A stretch of 64,000 nt of DNA, from contig CAWDXG010000004.1 in the NCBI GenBank assembly GCA_963806225.1, positions 768,001 through 832,000 of the forward strand, given 5' to 3'. Within the stretch, counting starts at the first letter, position 1. Each line of letters begins with the position of its first letter. The stretch is from an uncultured delta proteobacterium. GTDB taxonomy: Bacteria; Myxococcota_A; Polyangia; Polyangiales; Polyangiaceae. The notes beneath the pieces are model-generated. The model ran no database searches, was not told where the DNA came from, and saw nothing but the letters and a program-made list of their open reading frames with translations. Both the position numbers and the translations under genes were made by a program. This document shows positions 58,593 to 64,000 of this stretch, in pieces.

Positions 58593-61500
58593 GGCACCAC
58601 CGCGCGCACGCGGCGGAGCTCGACGACCTCCAGCCGCCCGAGCGGCGCGCCGGTGATGAGCGGCCCGCTCGGCCTGAGCCCGCGCGCGGCCTGGCGCGCC
58701 TCGTAGTCCGCAAAGGCGCGGATCAGGTAGGGCGGGAACGCCCGGAAGAGCAGCTCCGCTTCGATGCGGAAGGGCCCCCGGGTTCCGGACACGGGCAGCT
58801 CGTACGTGTACGTGACGGGCGTCCTCGGCGCGAGCGAGCGGGTGTCGATGATGGCGTCCGGGCCTCTGGTCACGCCGCGCGTCGCGTCCAGCGCGCCGAC
58901 CGGAAAGTAGGTCTCGAAGAGCGCGTTTCGGCCGGAGAGGTTCGAACCGCACTCGCCGGTATCGATGTCATAGCTGCCGTCGGCGTAGCGGTCGGCGCGC
59001 GCGCTCTCCTGGCCCGGCAGCGGCTGGCAGCTGCCGTCGAAGTCGATGCGCCCGATGCACACCACGCAGCGCAGAAAGCCGTTCTGGAAGTTTATCAGAC
59101 CGCGACCGCGGAAGCGCGTGCCGCCGAACTCCGGCGATGGGCTCCAGCGCGGCACGTCGCGGCCGTCCGCGACGTCGGCGCCGAACAACCCCTGGGGACG
59201 GCCACGCCCGTCGCTGGAACGGTCGGAGGTGTTGACCCGCAGGAAGCGCTTGTCGTGCAGATCCTCGTCGGCGCGGTCGACGCGGCCCACCTCGTACACC
59301 ACGTCGTTGCGCGCGTCGGTGACCTTCAGGTGCACCCACAGCTCGCGCTCCTGGCTGAAACCAGCCGGGATGCGGTGACCGGCGCCGATGTTCTCGACCA
59401 CCACCGGGATCTCCAGCGTCGAGCCGCGCTGGGCGGGGCGATCGATCTCGAAGCGCAGCGCCGCCCCGAGCAATAGATCGCGCCGCTGCCGCGCGCCGAG
59501 CGGAATACCCGCCGCGTCGACGTCGGGTTCGTCGATCAAGTTGCGGCCGAACGACGGCGTGAGCGGAATGTCGACGCCGGAGAAGTAGTGCGGCGAAACC
59601 GGCGCGGGGCGCCCCGACGCGGTGGCGACGAAGCCCTTTGCGCGTGAGCCGGGCGGCTCCGACCGGAAGTGGGTGCCCGGTGGACAGGCGTCGCGGAGCG
59701 CGGTCGGCGTGGACGTGAACACGCCGTCGGGGTGGGTGCCCGGCGCGGGCGCCTTCGCGGCGCCCTTCGCACACACGCCCGGGTAGCGGCTCATGTGACA
59801 GCCCTGGCAGCTCGCCGGACGACGCCCTGCCGCGCGCTCCTCCGCCGCGTAGTCGCGCCACTCGCTGTAGGCGTTTCGCAAGCGCTTGAAGTGCTCGCCC
59901 TTCCGCGCACCGAGCACGTCGGTGCCGAACAGCCGCACGTCGTGACACGCGCCGCAGAAGCGGCTGGAGGCGAGATAGGAAACGGCGTCCGCATCGGGCG
60001 CGCCGTGTACGCCGGCAACGCGGGTGCCCAGAAGCTGGGAAGGATCGAGCCAGTATCCGCTGTTCGAGATGCCGAACACGCCGCGCTGATCCTCGGGGCG
60101 CATGCTGAAGACCTGGCCGGTGCGCGACGAGGTCCAGGTCGGGTTGCCCTCGTAGCGCCCGGCGCGCGCGTTACCCGGATGCACGGGGCCGCCGACCTGG
60201 TGACAGAAGCCGCAGCCGATGCCTTCCATCGTGCTCGCCGGCAGCAGATCGCGAAGCGGCTCGCGGCTCCGGGATCGCGGATCGATCGCGTTCCACGCGG
60301 GCAGCGACGCCGAGAGGTTCTCGCGCGGCGCGTGGCAGTTCACGCACCACAGCTCCCCGCCCGAGCCAGTCACGGGCAGGCCGGACGCGCGATCGCGACA
60401 CGCCGTCCCCGGATCGACGCTGCGCAGGATGCCGGCCCCATCCGGACAGTCCTCGCTGCGCCCCACCTGCTCCTCCACCAGCATCTCCAGCGCCTGGAAC
60501 ATCGGGCTCTTGACCGAGTGGGCCATCACCGAACGCGTCCACTCGGCGGCCTGGCTCGTGTGGCAGGTCGCGCAGTCCAAAGCGGTCGTGGTCCGCTCGA
60601 CGAGCGGCGCGCGCGTGTGGTGCGGCAGCGCTGGACTGTCCGGAACCAGACTCATGGCAACTGCGGCCAGCGCGAGACCGGCGCCCAGGGGAGCCAGCCC
60701 GACGAGCCATGCCCTGGTGCGCGCCCGCACCAGCTCCGCTCCGCCGGGTGGAACTGCGCCGGAGCGCCGCGTCGGTGCTGCGACCGGCAACGGTGTCTGC
60801 CGGCGGTCGGCGCGCTTCGGCGGTGCTTCCACGCGCTCCGTTTCATCGAGGAAGCGCCCGAGCTCACCCGCCACGCGCGCGGCGCTCACCGGACGCTCGC
60901 CCGGATCCGGCTCCAGCAGCTTGAGGCACAGGCTCTGCAGTCCGGGCGGCAGCTCCCGGGCGATCGCGTCCGGCAACGGCGGGGCGCCGCGCTTCTGCTC
61001 CTCCAGCCCGAGCCGGAGCCCCTTGGCAGCGAACGGATGCTCGCCCGCCAGCAGCCGGTACAGGATCATGCCGAGCACGTAGCGGTTGGCCGCGTTGTTC
61101 CACGCCTCGCCGCCCACCTGCTCCGGCGGGGACCAGCGCGGCGACGCAGCGGCGCGCGGCGGCGCGCCGACCAGGTCGCGGACCAGCGCGTCGGCGCGGA
61201 ACGTCACGCGATGCTCCAAAACCCGCACTGCCGCGGGCGCGAGCGCCCCCGGAAACAGCGCCTGCTGCTCGCAGCCCGCGAGCACGTCGGCGATCGACTG
61301 CGCGATAGCGACCGCGTCGCGCCACGGCAGCGGTCCCTGGCCGGACAGCTCCTCGCCGAGCGTGGGCGATGCCGCGCCGCGCACGAGCCACACGCCGTCG
61401 TCGTCCTCACCGGCCGCGACGAACCCGCCTACGTCGATCGCGCCGAGACGCCGCAGCCGTACGGCGACCGCGCGCTCGTCGGCCGGGAGCCGCCACAGCT

Positions 61501-61597
61501 CGCGGCCGCCCTCGAGCTCCCAGCGGGCGGCGCGGCCGAGGGGGTCGAGCTCCGCACCCGCGACGAAGCCCTCGTCAGCGGGCGCGGCGCGTCTCAC
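58589..61597 (-). CDS. Degenerate Ser/Thr kinase (pseudokinase) - TM - pentaheme cytochrome c fusion
   Basis: Kinase C-lobe remnants (WSPPEQ, YVLGMILYRLLAGEHPF, L.PDP.ERP.SA) without HRD/DFG; TM helix; CATCH, CVNCH, CGFCH, CGACH, CQGCH; N.GAGH.IP.G...R.LW motif. Confidence 0.82.
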   Translation of the reverse strand: MRRAAPADEGFVAGAELDPLGRAARWELEGGRELWRLPADERAVAVRLRRLGAIDVGGFVAAGEDDDGVWLVRGAASPTLGEELSGQGPLPWRDAVAIAQSIADVLAGCEQQALFPGALAPAAVRVLEHRVTFRADALVRDLVGAPPRAAASPRWSPPEQVGGEAWNNAANRYVLGMILYRLLAGEHPFAAKGLRLGLEEQKRGAPPLPDAIARELPPGLQSLCLKLLEPDPGERPVSAARVAGELGRFLDETERVEAPPKRADRRQTPLPVAAPTRRSGAVPPGGAELVRARTRAWLVGLAPLGAGLALAAVAMSLVPDSPALPHHTRAPLVERTTTALDCATCHTSQAAEWTRSVMAHSVKSPMFQALEMLVEEQVGRSEDCPDGAGILRSVDPGTACRDRASGLPVTGSGGELWCVNCHAPRENLSASLPAWNAIDPRSRSREPLRDLLPASTMEGIGCGFCHQVGGPVHPGNARAGRYEGNPTWTSSRTGQVFSMRPEDQRGVFGISNSGYWLDPSQLLGTRVAGVHGAPDADAVSYLASSRFCGACHDVRLFGTDVLGARKGEHFKRLRNAYSEWRDYAAEERAAGRRPASCQGCHMSRYPGVCAKGAAKAPAPGTHPDGVFTSTPTALRDACPPGTHFRSEPPGSRAKGFVATASGRPAPVSPHYFSGVDIPLTPSFGRNLIDEPDVDAAGIPLGARQRRDLLLGAALRFEIDRPAQRGSTLEIPVVVENIGAGHRIPAGFSQERELWVHLKVTDARNDVVYEVGRVDRADEDLHDKRFLRVNTSDRSSDGRGRPQGLFGADVADGRDVPRWSPSPEFGGTRFRGRGLINFQNGFLRCVVCIGRIDFDGSCQPLPGQESARADRYADGSYDIDTGECGSNLSGRNALFETYFPVGALDATRGVTRGPDAIIDTRSLAPRTPVTYTYELPVSGTRGPFRIEAELLFRAFPPYLIRAFADYEARQAARGLRPSGPLITGAPLGRLEVVELRRVRAVVP

Positions 61598-62820
61598 CGG
61601 TTGTCCCCGGCCTGCACCGGATCGCCGAAGTGGCCCGCAGCGCCCGTCTGGCGCAGCGGCGCGCCGCCGGGCAGCTCCGGGATCTCGACCGCCGTCGTGT
61701 CCAGCGCCGGCGCCTCCGGTCCGCTATGGGTGCGTACCAACCATGTCACGACGCCGGCGAAGAGCGAAAGCGCCACGACGATGATCACGCCCGTGCGCCT
61801 CGACACCTCGCGCTCTGCGCCCGCACGCTCGACGAGCGCGATGGTGTCGGCGCGCGGCTTGTCCGGCTTCCCGGAGCTCTTCGCCGAAGCGGGCTCGCTG
61901 TCGCGCGAGCTGCTCCGGGCCTTGCCCGTGGCTGGCGCATCCGACGACGCGGCCGCCGCGGCAGAGTCCAGCTTGCCGGCGGAGCGCGGGCGCGGCGCCG
62001 CGGCGTCCGCCGGAGCGAAAGGCTCCAGCTCGTGCAGCACGTCGTCGGCGGTCGCGGGTCGATCGTCCCGCGACTTCTCCAGCATCTCGAACAAGAGCCG
62101 TTCCACGCCGCGCGGCAACCCGCGCCGCACGTCGTCCGGCAGCGGCGGGGGCGCCTCCGTGCACTGCTTGTTCAGAAGCTCGCGCGGCGAAGCCGACTCG
62201 AAGGGCGGCTTGCCGGCCAGCATCTCGTACAGCACCAGCCCCAGGCAGTAGAGATCGGAGCGGCCATCGATGTTGCCCGCGTCGATCTGCTCGGGGCTCA
62301 TGTACTGCAGAGTGCCCACGCTCTGCGTCGTCGTGCGCGACAGCTCCTGCAGCACCTTGGCGATGCCGAAGTCCATCACCTTCACGCTGCCGTCACCCAG
62401 GATCATCACGTTCTCTGGCTTGAGATCACGGTGCACGATCGGCGGGTCCTGCCGGTGCGCCGCGGCCAGAGCCGAGGCGATCTGTGCGGCGATGCCCACG
62501 GCCGAGGTCCATTCGAGCGGCCCGTCGGCGGTGAGCTGGTCGCGCAGCGTGCGCCCCTCGAGAAACTCGAGCGCCATCACCAGCTGCTCGTCCACCTCGC
62601 TGCAAGACAGGCAGCGCACCACGTTCGGGTGGTCGAGGTGCGCCAGGATGGTCATCTCGTTCAGGAACAGCCGCCGCCCCCGTTCCGAGCGCGCCAGCTC
62701 CTGGCGCAGCACCTTCAGGGCCACGCGCCGGTGCGAGAGGCGCTCCTCGGCCTCGTACACCTTGCCCATGCCCCCCTCGCCCACCAGCCGCCGGATCAGG
62801 TACTCGCCGAGTCGCTCCAT
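61594..62820 (-). CDS. Membrane-anchored Hanks-type Ser/Thr kinase
   Basis: GEGGMGKVY, VALK, HRDLKPEN, DFG, GTLQYMSPE and a C-terminal TM helix; GTGA overlap with the downstream gene. Confidence 0.93.
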   Translation of the reverse strand: MERLGEYLIRRLVGEGGMGKVYEAEERLSHRRVALKVLRQELARSERGRRLFLNEMTILAHLDHPNVVRCLSCSEVDEQLVMALEFLEGRTLRDQLTADGPLEWTSAVGIAAQIASALAAAHRQDPPIVHRDLKPENVMILGDGSVKVMDFGIAKVLQELSRTTTQSVGTLQYMSPEQIDAGNIDGRSDLYCLGLVLYEMLAGKPPFESASPRELLNKQCTEAPPPLPDDVRRGLPRGVERLLFEMLEKSRDDRPATADDVLHELEPFAPADAAAPRPRSAGKLDSAAAAASSDAPATGKARSSSRDSEPASAKSSGKPDKPRADTIALVERAGAEREVSRRTGVIIVVALSLFAGVVTWLVRTHSGPEAPALDTTAVEIPELPGGAPLRQTGAAGHFGDPVQAGDNR

Positions 62821-62979
62821 GCCCCACCTTCTACGGTCGAGCGCCGGAAAGGACTTCCCGGCGCGTGATCGAGCCCGGAGACGCCGGACTTTCCGGGGCT
62901 TTCGCGCTCCCCGTACCCGGCAGCCGCGCGCCCCTGGCTCACAACAGCCCGACGCGAGTCTGATATAGATAGAGGGCCT

Positions 62980-63969
62980 ATGCGACGTTTTCTCGTGGGT
63001 CTGGGGTGCTCGGTCGTCGTCGTAGCAGCGGCACTGGCCGGATGTGGTTCGGGAAATTCGTCGAACGGCGCGGCGGGCTCGGGTGGCGCCAGCGGCGGCT
63101 CCGGAGGCGGCGCGGGCGGCACCGGCCAGGACGGCGGCGGCGGAAGCGGCGGCGTCCCCAGCCCGTTCGAGCAGTTCGCCAAGCTCGCGGACGCAGCCAC
63201 CGGCGTCGCCTTCGGCAAGGACAACAACGGCGACACCGTGCTCTACGTGAGCCTCGGCGCCTCGGACCAGGTCGTGAAGGTCACCGCCCAGGGCGCGGTC
63301 GGCACGGTCGCCAGCGTCCCCGCCGCGGCCGGCATCGCGCTCGAGGCCAACGGCGATCTGCTGGTGTGCGGCCATGCCCCGGGCGGAACCAACGGCGTGC
63401 TCTGGAACGTGAAGCCCGACGGCAGCAAGACCTCGTTCGTCACCGACTCGACCTTCGACACGCTGCTCGCGGTCGCCGTTGCCCCCGACGATCGCGTCGT
63501 GTTCTCCGACGCGACCAAGGTCTACGGCGTGGACTCCGCCGGCAGCGTCGGCAGCATCATCATCATCACCGGACAGGCCACCGACCCCACCGCGCTCGCC
63601 TTCTCCAAGGACGGCACCGAGCTGTACGTCGGCTCGGGCGACACCGGCGACATCTCGTCGGTCCCGCGCAGCCCGGCGATCGGCAACTACAGCAACAACG
63701 TCACCAAGCTGTCGAGCGGGCTCGGCGGCCTCAGCGCGCTGGTCGTGCTGGAGAGCACGGATCTGGTCGCGCTGTCGAGCGGCGGCGTGTACCAGATGAA
63801 ACGAGACGGCAGCGGCCGCACCAACCTGGCCTCTCCCGCCGGGCTCACCGCGCCAGTTGGCGCCGCGCGCGGCATCGACAATTTTGGCGACTACCTGTAC
63901 CTCGGCAACGGCAAGTCGGTGGTGCGCCTGCCCTTCAGCGACGTGGCGCTCTCGTTGCCTGTGCGCTAG
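62980..63969 (+). CDS. Lipoprotein, SMP-30/NHL-like beta-propeller
   Basis: LAGC lipobox, Gly/Ser linker, blades of the type 'G(V/I)A(F/L)..dG..LYV'. Confidence 0.72.
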   Translation: MRRFLVGLGCSVVVVAAALAGCGSGNSSNGAAGSGGASGGSGGGAGGTGQDGGGGSGGVPSPFEQFAKLADAATGVAFGKDNNGDTVLYVSLGASDQVVKVTAQGAVGTVASVPAAAGIALEANGDLLVCGHAPGGTNGVLWNVKPDGSKTSFVTDSTFDTLLAVAVAPDDRVVFSDATKVYGVDSAGSVGSIIIITGQATDPTALAFSKDGTELYVGSGDTGDISSVPRSPAIGNYSNNVTKLSSGLGGLSALVVLESTDLVALSSGGVYQMKRDGSGRTNLASPAGLTAPVGAARGIDNFGDYLYLGNGKSVVRLPFSDVALSLPVR

Positions 63970-64000
63970 CACCACTGCCGCGCATGTTGCTGGAGGGACG

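Overview
GC-rich bacterial DNA, most likely from a myxobacterium (Polyangiaceae/Sorangiineae-like). This is inferred from the Hanks kinases, Gly/Ser- and DAG-rich lipoprotein linkers and VIT/vWA proteins. The window holds about 43 CDS/pseudogenes and one tRNA-Asn; no CRISPR array, integrase or transposase was found. Left to right: (1) the end of an MMPL/RND gene; (2) a coupled six-gene minus-strand operon (aldehyde dehydrogenase, GH3 amide ligase, inositol-phosphate synthase, DegT aminotransferase, flippase-like protein, GMC oxidase) that looks like an undescribed N-acyl-aminocyclitol/inositol-lipid pathway; (3) a collapsed P450 relic and a ceramide-synthase-like GNAT; (4) two tandem ATP-grasp ligases plus a CocE/NonD hydrolase behind a sigma54-like motif; (5) tRNA-Asn, a MOP flippase, an ABC ATPase and an OmpA protein; (6) the rimP-nusA-ylxR/L7Ae-infB-DUF503-rbfA operon with a leader terminator and an upstream 4 x 51-bp palindromic array; (7) a frameshifted serA-like gene, a kinase-STAND-TPR protein, lipoproteins and a VIT/vWA pair; (8) a SurA_N / barrel-less POTRA / M48 protease module running into a rimB-like, rimK(-TrkA_C), M14 cluster; (9) a PAS histidine kinase. 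The strongest candidate for a new system is at 54286-62820. It is a translationally coupled four-gene operon: Ser/Thr kinase, pseudokinase-pentaheme cytochrome c, 2xcNMP-4x[4Fe-4S]-diheme b, and tetraheme c-ferredoxin-circularly permuted TrxR-type flavoreductase. Together these suggest a signal-gated transmembrane electron wire. All family calls come from recognising motifs by eye; no database searches were run.
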